64,000 nucleotides of DNA, from the IMG/VR virus record IMGVR_UViG_3300032046_000001, positions 248,001 through 312,000 of that record; one strand, given 5' to 3'. The notes under the pieces were generated by a model. The model worked only from the letters and a program-made list of their open reading frames with translations. It searched no databases and was not told where the DNA came from. The translations under genes and the position numbers were made by a program. Each line of letters begins with the position of its first letter. Position 1 is the first letter of the stretch. Of the stretch, positions 54,480-63,599 are shown one piece after another.

Positions 54480-56277
54480 GTGAAAAATTTCCTTCTAATA
54501 AAAGTCTCTTTGTTTCAGAGTCTAAAAGTAGTTGTATGATCTTATCAAAATTTTCATCATATGTTATTTGTACTAATTTTCTTTTTTCAGACAACGCACA
54601 AATTTCAAGTTGCCAAGGGTTAAACTCACCAATCCCTTTATATCTTGTAATTGGTAGGTTTTTCTCTCTTGCATTGTCTAATTCTTCCTTAGTCCAAAGA
54701 GGAATAAAAGTTTTACCTTTATTAATCGCAAATAATGGAGTTTGACAAATATATAAATAACCTTGTTTTACTAACTCAGGAAGAAGATATCGAATATCTG
54801 ACATCAACAAACAATTGATATGATTACCATCAGGATCTGAATCAGAACATAGTATTATCTTTGAATATCTCAATTTCGAAATATCAAAATTAGATCCAAT
54901 ACCAGTTCCCAAAGCTGATATGATTTCTTTAATTTCTTCATTTTCAAGTAACGACTTCTTCTTCTTTTTTAGATCAATAGTTGGAGGTTTGCCTTTCAAG
55001 GGCATGATCGCATGAATCTCAGAATTACGACATTGAATTAGAGAACCAGCCGCCGAATCACCCTCAACTATAAATAACTCTCCATCTCGTCTTTTACAAT
55101 CTTTTAATTTTGTGTTCTTTAATTTTTTAGGAGAATTTGATTGAACTTTCTTTGTATTAAAATTTGCTCTATATTCTTCAAATTTATTTAAAATTAATAA
55201 TAAATCATCTTGATTTTTATTAAAATAACCTTTCAATATTAATTGAAGTTTATTAAATAAGTTTTCTAAATATGATTTTCTATTAATTAATTGTCCCTTT
55301 ATTTGACCACCAAATTCTGGTTCAACTAAATATAAATCAAGATATGCTCTCAAGCCACAAAAAATATCCTGACTATCAAAATTTTTATTTAGTTTCTTTC
55401 CATAATACATAAAAATATCTTTTAATATATTTTTCAATAATTTAACATGTGTACCACCTTCTTCAACTGGAAGAAGATTGACAGATGAAATAATTTTAGG
55501 TGTTATCGCTCCATTTAGTGAATAACAAAGTTTAATACTCAATTTCTCAGTTACAGGAATATCGTTAATTATTTTTTTGTCTTTAACTTCAAAATTAATT
55601 ATATTTGTTGTTTCTTCATCTTGAAAATAACTTTTAAAATATTCATCACCAGTTATCTTGATAACTTCTTTATTATCATCAACCACCAAAGCAAAAGTTG
55701 ATTCTGGCATATGTGCGGAAGCTACTAATAATCTCTCCCTTATTCTCTCTATATTTGGTAATAAATTCTCAAATATATTTTTATCTGGTTTAAAAGTTAT
55801 TCTCGTTGAGAATGGTTGAAGATTGAAGTTAACAGAATATTTTTTAATTAAATTGAAATTATCAAATTCAAATATTGAATAAACTGAGTTTCTAATAACT
55901 TCTACTTTATAAAACTCACTTAAAGCATTAACCGCTGCTAATCCAACTCCATGTAGTCCAGAACATACTTCATATGATTTTTTAAATCCCTTAAATTTCG
56001 AACCACTATGTAACTTAGTTGAAATTGTGATAGGAATATCATCTTCAACTGGAATACCTCGGCCATTATCGACAACTGAATATAAATTATTTTTGGCATC
56101 GATTGTAACTATTATGATATTCGCATAACCAGCTAATGCCTCATCTAAGGCGTTGTCAAGAAGTTCTCCGATTAAATGTGTAGGATCTAAAGTTGAACCT
56201 ATATACATACCTGGGTTAGTACGTATCGATTCATAGTCTGTTAATGTCTTAAATGAATTTGATGAATATTCTTCCAA
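54472..56277 (-). CDS. gyrB: Type IIA topoisomerase subunit B (GyrB/ParE-like)
   Basis: PGMYIG, ELLDNALDE, DNGRGIP, GLHGVG, VEGDSAAGS, PLKGK, DSDPDG, RYKGIGE. Confidence 0.94.
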   Translation of the reverse strand: MEEYSSNSFKTLTDYESIRTNPGMYIGSTLDPTHLIGELLDNALDEALAGYANIIIVTIDAKNNLYSVVDNGRGIPVEDDIPITISTKLHSGSKFKGFKKSYEVCSGLHGVGLAAVNALSEFYKVEVIRNSVYSIFEFDNFNLIKKYSVNFNLQPFSTRITFKPDKNIFENLLPNIERIRERLLVASAHMPESTFALVVDDNKEVIKITGDEYFKSYFQDEETTNIINFEVKDKKIINDIPVTEKLSIKLCYSLNGAITPKIISSVNLLPVEEGGTHVKLLKNILKDIFMYYGKKLNKNFDSQDIFCGLRAYLDLYLVEPEFGGQIKGQLINRKSYLENLFNKLQLILKGYFNKNQDDLLLILNKFEEYRANFNTKKVQSNSPKKLKNTKLKDCKRRDGELFIVEGDSAAGSLIQCRNSEIHAIMPLKGKPPTIDLKKKKKSLLENEEIKEIISALGTGIGSNFDISKLRYSKIILCSDSDPDGNHINCLLMSDIRYLLPELVKQGYLYICQTPLFAINKGKTFIPLWTKEELDNAREKNLPITRYKGIGEFNPWQLEICALSEKRKLVQITYDENFDKIIQLLLDSETKRLLLEGNFSLE

Positions 56278-56286
56278 AATTACTCC

Positions 56287-56568
56287 TTAGTTAAAAGTTA
56301 AAATATAATAATCACGTTCTTTATATTCTAATGACCCAGGACGGAATGTGTAACTTACATTCCAACCAGTATTTTTATATAATTCACACAGTGTTGATAC
56401 GATATTATAATCAGCATCTTCTATTTTTATATTGATTCTATCATAATCTTTAATACTTTCTAAAATTTTATCAATTTTCTCTTCAAAAAAAGACACAATT
56501 TCAGATAATCGAAAACAGTATGTATATATATTTGGTTTTGATATTATTTTATCTCTTTCAAGTGCCAT
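56287..56568 (-). CDS. Hypothetical protein
   Basis: TAATG-coupled ORF. Confidence 0.65.
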   Translation of the reverse strand: MALERDKIISKPNIYTYCFRLSEIVSFFEEKIDKILESIKDYDRINIKIEDADYNIVSTLCELYKNTGWNVSYTFRPGSLEYKERDYYILTFN

Positions 56569-56828
56569 TATTTAAATAACCTCATATCATTATTACTTTC
56601 ATTATATAACCTAATTAATCTCAAAAATTCCCATTGATTTAATTCAATTTCATAACAATCGTATATTTTAGGATCTTCTAAAAATTCTTGAGTAAATGAA
56701 CAAGGATGTCCGTTTAATCTATTCAATGTTGCTATAATAGTCGCCCTATCAGTTTCATCTATTTCTTTAACTTCCTTAATCATTCCCCACAAATTTAAAG
56801 CAATCGCTTCACCTTTTGTAATTTTCAT
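56568..56828 (-). CDS. Hypothetical protein
   Basis: GAGGAG RBS. Confidence 0.65.
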   Translation of the reverse strand: MKITKGEAIALNLWGMIKEVKEIDETDRATIIATLNRLNGHPCSFTQEFLEDPKIYDCYEIELNQWEFLRLIRLYNESNNDMRLFK

Positions 56829-56849
56829 TTTTCTCCTCTAAAACGAGAT

Positions 56850-56881
56850 GACAGAGGAGGAAAATTAATCCCTCCTCTGTC
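56850..56881 (-). terminator. Hairpin (terminator-like)
   Basis: GACAGAGGAGG/CCTCCTCTGTC inverted repeat. Confidence 0.65.
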
Positions 56882-56904
56882 TTTTTCAGCGTATTATTGT
56901 TTTT

Positions 56905-57087
56905 CTAATTGACATATGATTTATAATATACTGTGATTTCATTAAGATTCTCAGTTATTGAAATTACATCATTTATATTTATTTCTTCTTCTTTAAGACA
57001 ATTATTAATTTGTTCAATAATATGATTTCTGGTAAAATGTTCATTTCTTTCAAAATGAATATAGTCAATTTTCATTTCAAAAATCAA
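56905..57087 (-). CDS. Hypothetical protein
   Basis: Short ORF before hairpin. Confidence 0.55.
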   Translation of the reverse strand: MIFEMKIDYIHFERNEHFTRNHIIEQINNCLKEEEININDVISITENLNEITVYYKSYVN

Positions 57088-57961
57088 AATTCTTCAAGAA
57101 TTCCTGTGTTTCAGCAGTAGACGCCTCACTGGTTTGTGTCTGTGTTTGTTGAGTTGATTCAGAATCGTCTTCTGAATCACCATATGACATTTGATTTGAT
57201 TTTAATGACCAATCAAATTTTTCACAAAACTGTGGAAGAGTCTTTTTCTGAATATCGATAACTTTCTTTACCATCGCTTCAGCTATTTTAGTCCCAGGAG
57301 TTAATACAAATACTTTCTTCATTCCAAACTTTGTTTTCTCTTCTCCAGTTGTTATGACCGTGACATAACGTTTGTTCTGTGCGATCATTTTTTCCAAAAC
57401 TGGATTATCAGGAAATATAGCTGGTTGTATATCTTCCTTAGAAAGATCATCTAAATATTTTGATATATTACCGTATTTAAGACCTTGCCCTCGAAGAAAA
57501 ATAAAAACTGACTTTTTGGTTCCAGTATCTTCATCTTCAATCATTACTGGAATACCCTGTTCATTTGTTAATATAAAACTAACAAGGAGTTCGCCTCTAC
57601 AACCAGAACATGAAGGAGTGGCTTCCCTATCTTTTCTATTTGATGGACAAATATTTCCTGATGTTCCTTTGAAAACTTTCTGTCCTTTCATAAATGAAAA
57701 ACATGCCGTTTTTTCTTTACCATTACTATCTTTTTCTTTTTTCACTAATATTCTTTTCACATGAGTAATTATACCATAAATCTTATTTAAATTATACTGA
57801 AAACCCCTGATTTGAAGTTTTCCAGGTATCTCTTCTTCACCAGTTTGATTTGTCCGCAATATACCACAAATATATATACTCTTAAAAAATTCTTTTTCGG
57901 GTGGAACAACCGTTGGCGGCATATACCCAGTTCCTAAAAGATCATCATAATTATCAGACAT
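57077..57961 (-). CDS. Putative single-stranded DNA-binding/recombination protein
   Basis: Beta-rich core with Cys cluster, acidic low-complexity tail ending in hydrophobic DF, replication-gene context. Confidence 0.45.
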   Translation of the reverse strand: MSDNYDDLLGTGYMPPTVVPPEKEFFKSIYICGILRTNQTGEEEIPGKLQIRGFQYNLNKIYGIITHVKRILVKKEKDSNGKEKTACFSFMKGQKVFKGTSGNICPSNRKDREATPSCSGCRGELLVSFILTNEQGIPVMIEDEDTGTKKSVFIFLRGQGLKYGNISKYLDDLSKEDIQPAIFPDNPVLEKMIAQNKRYVTVITTGEEKTKFGMKKVFVLTPGTKIAEAMVKKVIDIQKKTLPQFCEKFDWSLKSNQMSYGDSEDDSESTQQTQTQTSEASTAETQEFLKNFDF

Positions 57962-58136
57962 TTATTTATTCTCCTTTAAATATTTAATACTTTTTTTACT
58001 TCTGGATCATTAAAAAAATTTAGAAATTCTACTTTGTTTTCACATTCAATTTCTAAATCCAAATCTATTTCTTGATCATATTCTTCAGAATAATTAATTT
58101 TATGTGTTTTTATTTTTATATTAGATAATTTTATTT

Positions 58137-58748
58137 TCATTTATTTGTTATCAAACAAAATTGAACATTTTCATCTGGTACTGTCACCAGACTAAACTCA
58201 TCATTAAACCAACATTTGATCCACATTTTCAATAATTCATTTGAACTGAATTGGGCATATACTTTATTACTAAATTGGACTACTGATGGCAATTTAGTTA
58301 CAATCGTACTTATTTTTTTTATTTTATGCGATGTGAGTTGTAATTTTTCATCCGTAGGATTCTGTTGGATTAATTTTGGGTGTGGACAGTAAATGATACA
58401 CAACTTATCATCTACCATCTTGAAGATCTCGTTCATGTATAAAAATGTCTGAGTATCAATATCATAACAGACTTTATCTGTATTTAACACACGTTGAATT
58501 GATGTGTGTTTTCTACAGAGTAAATCAATACCTCTATTTTTATTATCAATACAAGCTGGACATTCTTTTTCATCTAATAAAATTTTTGATGGGATTTTAT
58601 CAAACTCGATTTGACCAACTTTATTAAAAAAAGATAATACAATGTCTCTATTTAATAGATATTTCAATATTGTAATTGGAAAAATATCTTTAGTTGGATC
58701 TGATCCTAAATTCTCTTTAATTATTTTTTCTGCTGGTATAATATTCAT
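58137..58748 (-). CDS. Hypothetical protein with zinc finger
   Basis: CPAC...LCRKH. Confidence 0.75.
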   Translation of the reverse strand: MNIIPAEKIIKENLGSDPTKDIFPITILKYLLNRDIVLSFFNKVGQIEFDKIPSKILLDEKECPACIDNKNRGIDLLCRKHTSIQRVLNTDKVCYDIDTQTFLYMNEIFKMVDDKLCIIYCPHPKLIQQNPTDEKLQLTSHKIKKISTIVTKLPSVVQFSNKVYAQFSSNELLKMWIKCWFNDEFSLVTVPDENVQFCLITNK

Positions 58749-58922
58749 TTAACCTACGTTCTCCTTTAATGATATTTCTTTTTTTTGCGTTTAGTCTGTT
58801 TTAAATATAAGTTTGAAAAAAATAAAATTAAGTTATCTTATATAAATACACCTCCAAAAATATTTAAAAAATTTGGAAAAAAATTGATTTTGAATTGATA
58901 TTTTTTCAAACATCAATTCTCT

Positions 58923-58943
58923 ATCACAAATTAATATATATAG
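58923..58943 (-). promoter_or_regulatory. Conserved phage promoter-like motif, copy 7
   Basis: CTATATATATTAATTTGTGAT. Confidence 0.75.
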
Positions 58944-58964
58944 TTGTTTTGTTTAAAACAAAAA

Positions 58965-59231
58965 CTACACCGATAAAGTAACAGGGTTATTGTAATTGTC
59001 TAAATTAATTTCAATATTCCCATTCACCATTTGATCTACAGTCAATTTGATCTTCATCTTAGCATGGGTTGGTAAAAAATTATCTGTGTATAAAACATGC
59101 ATCCCATTCTTAAATTGAAATGCGATACCATCTGGAGCTTCAGAACAAACTATAAGTTCTGATCGTTTAATTGTGAAAACATGATCACCTTTTTTTATTC
59201 TGATTTCATATTGTGGTTTTGGCTGATTCAT
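58965..59231 (-). CDS. Hypothetical protein
   Basis: GAGGAG RBS. Confidence 0.7.
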   Translation of the reverse strand: MNQPKPQYEIRIKKGDHVFTIKRSELIVCSEAPDGIAFQFKNGMHVLYTDNFLPTHAKMKIKLTVDQMVNGNIEINLDNYNNPVTLSV

Positions 59232-59820
59232 TATATCTCCTCACTAAAATTTCATTTGATACTAATCTTTTGTTCTTATAAATCATTTTTGAAACTATAT
59301 AAATTAAAATTTCATCTTCAAGTGTATTTTTTAAATTAGCAAAAATTTCGGGCAACAACTCATCATTATACAATTTAACATATTTCATTATCTCATTTTT
59401 ATTTTCGTCAATAAATTTACTCAAGACATCTAAAAGATTGACTTTAAAATTTTTAAATATTTCAACTAAAAAATTTATATTATTGAATTCTAAAAACTCA
59501 ACTAACGTATAAACATTTTGAAAATCTGGTATGTCATTGATAGAAATATTTTCTGGAAAGTCAAACTTATATACTTCTTGTATCTTATTAATTATGTGTT
59601 GACATAATATTCTCTGATTATTAATCGATTGATTTTTTACATCATCGATAAAGTTTAAGTATGTTTCTTTAAAACTTGTTTTTCCAATATTGTCTATTAT
59701 TTCATTAAATTCAAATTGAATAATCCCATCACCTACAATCTCACTTTGAATTTTTCCTTCATCGTCATCTAACAATTCAGTTGGGAGCATCGAACTCATT
59801 AAAATATCTTTATTTGTCAT
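59206..59820 (-). CDS. Hypothetical protein
   Basis: GAGGA RBS, 204 aa. Confidence 0.75.
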   Translation of the reverse strand: MTNKDILMSSMLPTELLDDDEGKIQSEIVGDGIIQFEFNEIIDNIGKTSFKETYLNFIDDVKNQSINNQRILCQHIINKIQEVYKFDFPENISINDIPDFQNVYTLVEFLEFNNINFLVEIFKNFKVNLLDVLSKFIDENKNEIMKYVKLYNDELLPEIFANLKNTLEDEILIYIVSKMIYKNKRLVSNEILVRRYNESAKTTI

Positions 59821-59836
59821 GTATTTCCTCTATTCA

Positions 59837-59887
59837 GAAAGAAAATTTTTAATGATAATTTTTAAAACGTTATTTTACTTATTCTTT
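59837..59887. repeat. Bipartite dispersed repeat, copy 2
   Basis: Same 15-nt and 29-nt blocks as 19064-19125 with a shorter spacer. Confidence 0.8.
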
Positions 59888-60439
59888 ATAATTTAATAAT
59901 TCTGTTTTGGTCATAATCGAATAAACTGGAATTTTTAATTCTTCCATAATAAGTTGTTTCGCGTTATTTTCTTCACGATCAACTAAAACAATTATAGCCA
60001 CTGGATTATAATCGTGTTGTTTTAAAACTTCATATGAATATTTTAAGGAATCGCCTGTTGTTAAAACATCATCAACAATGAGGGTATCTTTATGTACATC
60101 TTCAGATCCTATTCGTCTTCCTTCTATTAATTTTTTAGTTCCATAATCTTTTTGTTGTTTTCTTATAAATAATCCATTTCTATGTAAGTTTGTAACAACC
60201 GAACAAACGATTGGATCGGCACCAGATGTAATACCAGCCACATTTAAAAATTTAATATTATTTTCTATTACAATATAATCAATATTCCATCCGATTACAT
60301 TGGGTATTCCGGGATATAATAATAATTCTTTACAATCAATGTAAAAATCACTTTTCTTTCCTGATGATAACGTGAAATCTCCGTACTTCACAATTTTAGA
60401 AAATTCTTCTAATAACTTTTGTTTTTCATAATTCATCAT
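59879..60439 (-). CDS. pyrE: Orotate phosphoribosyltransferase
   Basis: GDFTLSSGKKSDFYID, FIRKQQKDYGT..LIEG, IVDDVLTTG, LVDR. Confidence 0.95.
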   Translation of the reverse strand: MMNYEKQKLLEEFSKIVKYGDFTLSSGKKSDFYIDCKELLLYPGIPNVIGWNIDYIVIENNIKFLNVAGITSGADPIVCSVVTNLHRNGLFIRKQQKDYGTKKLIEGRRIGSEDVHKDTLIVDDVLTTGDSLKYSYEVLKQHDYNPVAIIVLVDREENNAKQLIMEELKIPVYSIMTKTELLNYKE

Positions 60440-60485
60440 AGTTCCTCCTAAAAAAAATTATAAAAAAAATTTGAATATTTTACTA

Positions 60486-60506
60486 TTCGCTTATTAATAT
60501 ATATAG
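60486..60506 (-). promoter_or_regulatory. Conserved phage promoter-like motif, copy 8
   Basis: CTATATATATTAATAAGCGAA upstream of pyrE. Confidence 0.7.
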
Positions 60507-60520
60507 ACGAACTATGTTAT

Positions 60521-61546
60521 TCAAGAATTTGGAAATTGATTTATACTAAGATCTTTGTAATCCAATATTTTATCACTACGAAATCGAACAAATCTAGGTT
60601 GATCTATCATTATGCCTTCTTCTGTTCCTAATACGCTATATTTATTATTTTCATATTTTAATAATGGTACTTTAGCTTTTCTAGCTCTTAAATATTTTAT
60701 TTCAATAATCAAAGTTGGTGGAACCCATAACTCACCACTTTTCTTTTCAACGAAATTATTATGTGCCCATTGAAACAGTTCAATTCTTGTTCTCTGACTA
60801 AAACCAATTCCAACTTTTGATGTCATTAAGAAGTTATTACTCTTATTGAGAAACGCAAGTCGTAAATAACTTATTTGATGTTTATCCCAAGTTTTTTCAA
60901 GTTCTTTACCTATAGCGATAACAGCACAATCTACTGTTTGAACATTCTTTATTCTATAAAGTACTTTCGGTTTATCTGGATTTCTTGCAACAATCCCTTC
61001 ACCTTTACCTTCAACTACTACTTGTTGCCATAACTTTTTGAATTCGTTCAAACTACCGTAATACCATTTTGGAGAATGTATATGTTCTGTGTTAAACATT
61101 TTCTCTAATTTAGGGAACGTGTACTTCCCCCAAACTAAGGCCGAATCAAGTTCGTAGATATCTATTATAAAATGATGAATTTTACTAACATCACCAGTTT
61201 GTATAATACTTTGACTTTTATTGAATGGAAATTGTTTTCTGCCTTCCAACGCAATTAATTCACCTATTATTACAATATTTTCTATTTTTGTTTTATCAAG
61301 AAGTTCCCTATATTCTCTTAATACTGGATATTCTCGGTCTCTGTATACACCACCTTTAGTTATAAAATAAGGCATCTTATCTTTTTCATATACTAAACTA
61401 GTCAATTCTCCATCAACCTTTTGTGAAAAATAAAATTTTTCTTTTGTTGATATTAAAAATGATATAAAATCGTTATATGAATATTCAATGAAACGAACAG
61501 TTTCGCGCCAGTTTCTAGTATAGCCTAAAATAGATTTTTTTATCAT
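60521..61546 (-). CDS. ATP-dependent DNA ligase
   Basis: QKVDGE (motif I), IIGEL, EGIVAR, WVPPTLIIEI, PRFVRFRSDK. Confidence 0.88.
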   Translation of the reverse strand: MIKKSILGYTRNWRETVRFIEYSYNDFISFLISTKEKFYFSQKVDGELTSLVYEKDKMPYFITKGGVYRDREYPVLREYRELLDKTKIENIVIIGELIALEGRKQFPFNKSQSIIQTGDVSKIHHFIIDIYELDSALVWGKYTFPKLEKMFNTEHIHSPKWYYGSLNEFKKLWQQVVVEGKGEGIVARNPDKPKVLYRIKNVQTVDCAVIAIGKELEKTWDKHQISYLRLAFLNKSNNFLMTSKVGIGFSQRTRIELFQWAHNNFVEKKSGELWVPPTLIIEIKYLRARKAKVPLLKYENNKYSVLGTEEGIMIDQPRFVRFRSDKILDYKDLSINQFPNS

Positions 61547-61550
61547 TTTA

Positions 61551-62481
61551 TTATACCTTTATATAAGACCAATTTTTTCCAGTTTTTATATGTGAAATCG
61601 TCATTTGACTAACTCCAAACATTTTTGGCTATTTTTCTTTGAGATATTTTTCCTTCTTTTAATAATAATTTTATTTGAATAACTTGTTCTTCTGTTAATT
61701 TATGATTTGGTCTATTTTCACCTCTTAATTTTTCACTCACCAATTCTCTACCACAAATAAAACATCCATGATTTTGTTGAAAACTATTCCAAATAACGAA
61801 ACCATTATGTCCTTTTGGACAAATATATTCTAATTTTGTGATGCTATTTTTATATTTATTTTCTTTAGATAATAATTTATAACCTCTCCTTTCAAATTCT
61901 TTTTTAATATCTGAGAAATCTTTTTTATTTTTTTCATCTTCACATGTAGGACAACAACATCCTTGTTGAAAACTACTCCATACAATATAATTTTCGTGTC
62001 CTTCTTGACAAATATATTTTAATTTTGTTTTATTATTTTTATAATCTTTTTCTTCTGTTAATAAAATATAACCTCTTCTTTCAAATTCTTTTTTAATTTC
62101 TTGAAAGTTTTTTCTTTGTTTTTTTAGTTGTTCTTCTGAAAATTTATAACCACTTATTCCATCACCACCATCAGTCATATTAAGAAGAATTTCAAAATTT
62201 TCTTTTCTTATTTCATTAATATATTCAATTTCTTTTTTTAAAGATTCTTTTTCATTTAAATTTTCATATAATTTTATTACTATTGGTTCCAATCCAGATT
62301 TTTTGATTTTATTTATTTTATTTTTAAAATATTTATTTCTTCCCCATTTAATTTCTTTCCATCTATCTTTTTTCCCTTTTCCAACATAAAAAGGTTCATA
62401 TAAAAAACATAGATCCTTATAACAATATCTTCCAGATTTTCTTGGATCTAAATAAATATAAATATAATAATTATTCACCAT
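61551..62481 (-). CDS. GIY-YIG homing endonuclease with two Zn-ribbon repeats and C-terminal HTH (one-base frameshift at 61622-61626)
   Basis: YYIYIYLDPRK..FYVGKGK..R, LNMTDGGDG, two IKKEFERRGY.LL...C..GH..W.SFQQ..C..C repeats; removing one A restores MFGVSQMTISHIKTGKNWSYIKV. Confidence 0.88.
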
Positions 62482-63220
62482 CTCTATTTTTATTAAATTT
62501 AATCAGTCTTCCTTTATTAATTAAAAAAACAACATTATCTTCTGTTATATTATCTAGGTTAGTACTATCAACAACAACAGTTCTATCTTTATTTTCTTTT
62601 ATAATATCTGTTGATGATACGTTCATCATAGTCGCTATTCCATATTCTATATTCTCTGTGTCATTAATTAATTGACTATCGGTTTTATAAAAACTTATAT
62701 TCATCCCAGGTTTGGGTTTCATAGAAAATTTATTTTCTGATATAACTTTATTAAAAGTTTTTTGATCACATTTAATAGTCCTATATAATTTCACAAATTC
62801 TCTTTTATGAATTGATTCTCCCAATATATTTTTAATCTCCTTTTTCACTGGTGTATTTTTAACTTCAGTTGTTTCTTGATTTTTAGATTCGACAATAACT
62901 TTTCTTTCCTCACTTTTTTGTTCTTTAACTACAATTTTTAATCCGCGATCAAATTTAATATCATCTGTCCAAATCTGATAATATTGATTATCGGACGAAA
63001 TCATTTCTAAACTACACGATCCTATTTTTTCTTGTATATCTAATGGTGGAAGATCAACACTTACAGAATTATTTTCAATTATAGCTGGAAATACAAGTCG
63101 ATATGATTTATTAGGACAAGATAATATAAATCTTGTTTCTTTTATTTCATTACTATCTCCACCTTGTATATCAATATCGAATGTTAATGTCTTTCCTTTT
63201 CCTGTCTCAATTTTTATCAT
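62471..63220 (-). CDS. Hypothetical protein
   Basis: 249-aa ORF, GGGAG RBS. Confidence 0.75.
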   Translation of the reverse strand: MIKIETGKGKTLTFDIDIQGGDSNEIKETRFILSCPNKSYRLVFPAIIENNSVSVDLPPLDIQEKIGSCSLEMISSDNQYYQIWTDDIKFDRGLKIVVKEQKSEERKVIVESKNQETTEVKNTPVKKEIKNILGESIHKREFVKLYRTIKCDQKTFNKVISENKFSMKPKPGMNISFYKTDSQLINDTENIEYGIATMMNVSSTDIIKENKDRTVVVDSTNLDNITEDNVVFLINKGRLIKFNKNRDGE

Positions 63221-63235
63221 TTTAAATCTCCCACA

Positions 63236-63475
63236 TTATCTACATTTCAGAGTAATTTTAAGCGGAGATGATTGCTTATCGGTTGATTTTAAAGACAAAA
63301 CATTGATATTTAATCTCAATCTCTCACTTTCTTGATGTTGATATAATATTGCACCACCAACATGTATTTTAGGTAAAAATTTTCCCATCGTAGCCAGGGC
63401 AATACTCATTCTATTCCTCCAATATTTCATCAATAATATCTGAAAAATAATTACTCCATGTATTAGTGTCAACAA
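63236..63475 (-). CDS. Hypothetical protein (start probably at MSIALATMG)
   Basis: GGAGG before the internal ATG. Confidence 0.6.
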   Translation of the reverse strand: MLTLIHGVIIFQILLMKYWRNRMSIALATMGKFLPKIHVGGAILYQHQESERLRLNINVLSLKSTDKQSSPLKITLKCR

Positions 63476-63599
63476 ATCTGGTTTTTAAATTTTTTAAAAA
63501 ATTTTTCAATTTAATATTTTCTTGTTCAAGTTTATTAATTCTATTTTGTAATACTTTAATAAGTTCATCATCTATCATTATGACCTCACTTGTTTCCAA
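63411..63599 (-). CDS. Small coiled-coil hypothetical protein
   Basis: GAGG RBS before MIDDE. Confidence 0.55.
   Translation of the reverse strand: METSEVIMIDDELIKVLQNRINKLEQENIKLKNFLKNLKTRFVDTNTWSNYFSDIIDEILEE

Noticed and set aside
1419-62675. All plus-strand ORFs in the track (e.g. 16198-16425, 27981-28355, 32695-33120, 32766-33137, 57372-57764) and nested minus-strand alternates (32771-33001, 33738-33977, 35113-35364, 40074-40433)
   Set aside because: They are antisense or off-frame shadows of well-supported minus-strand genes, lack RBS and motifs, and are longest where GC is higher and stops are rarer.
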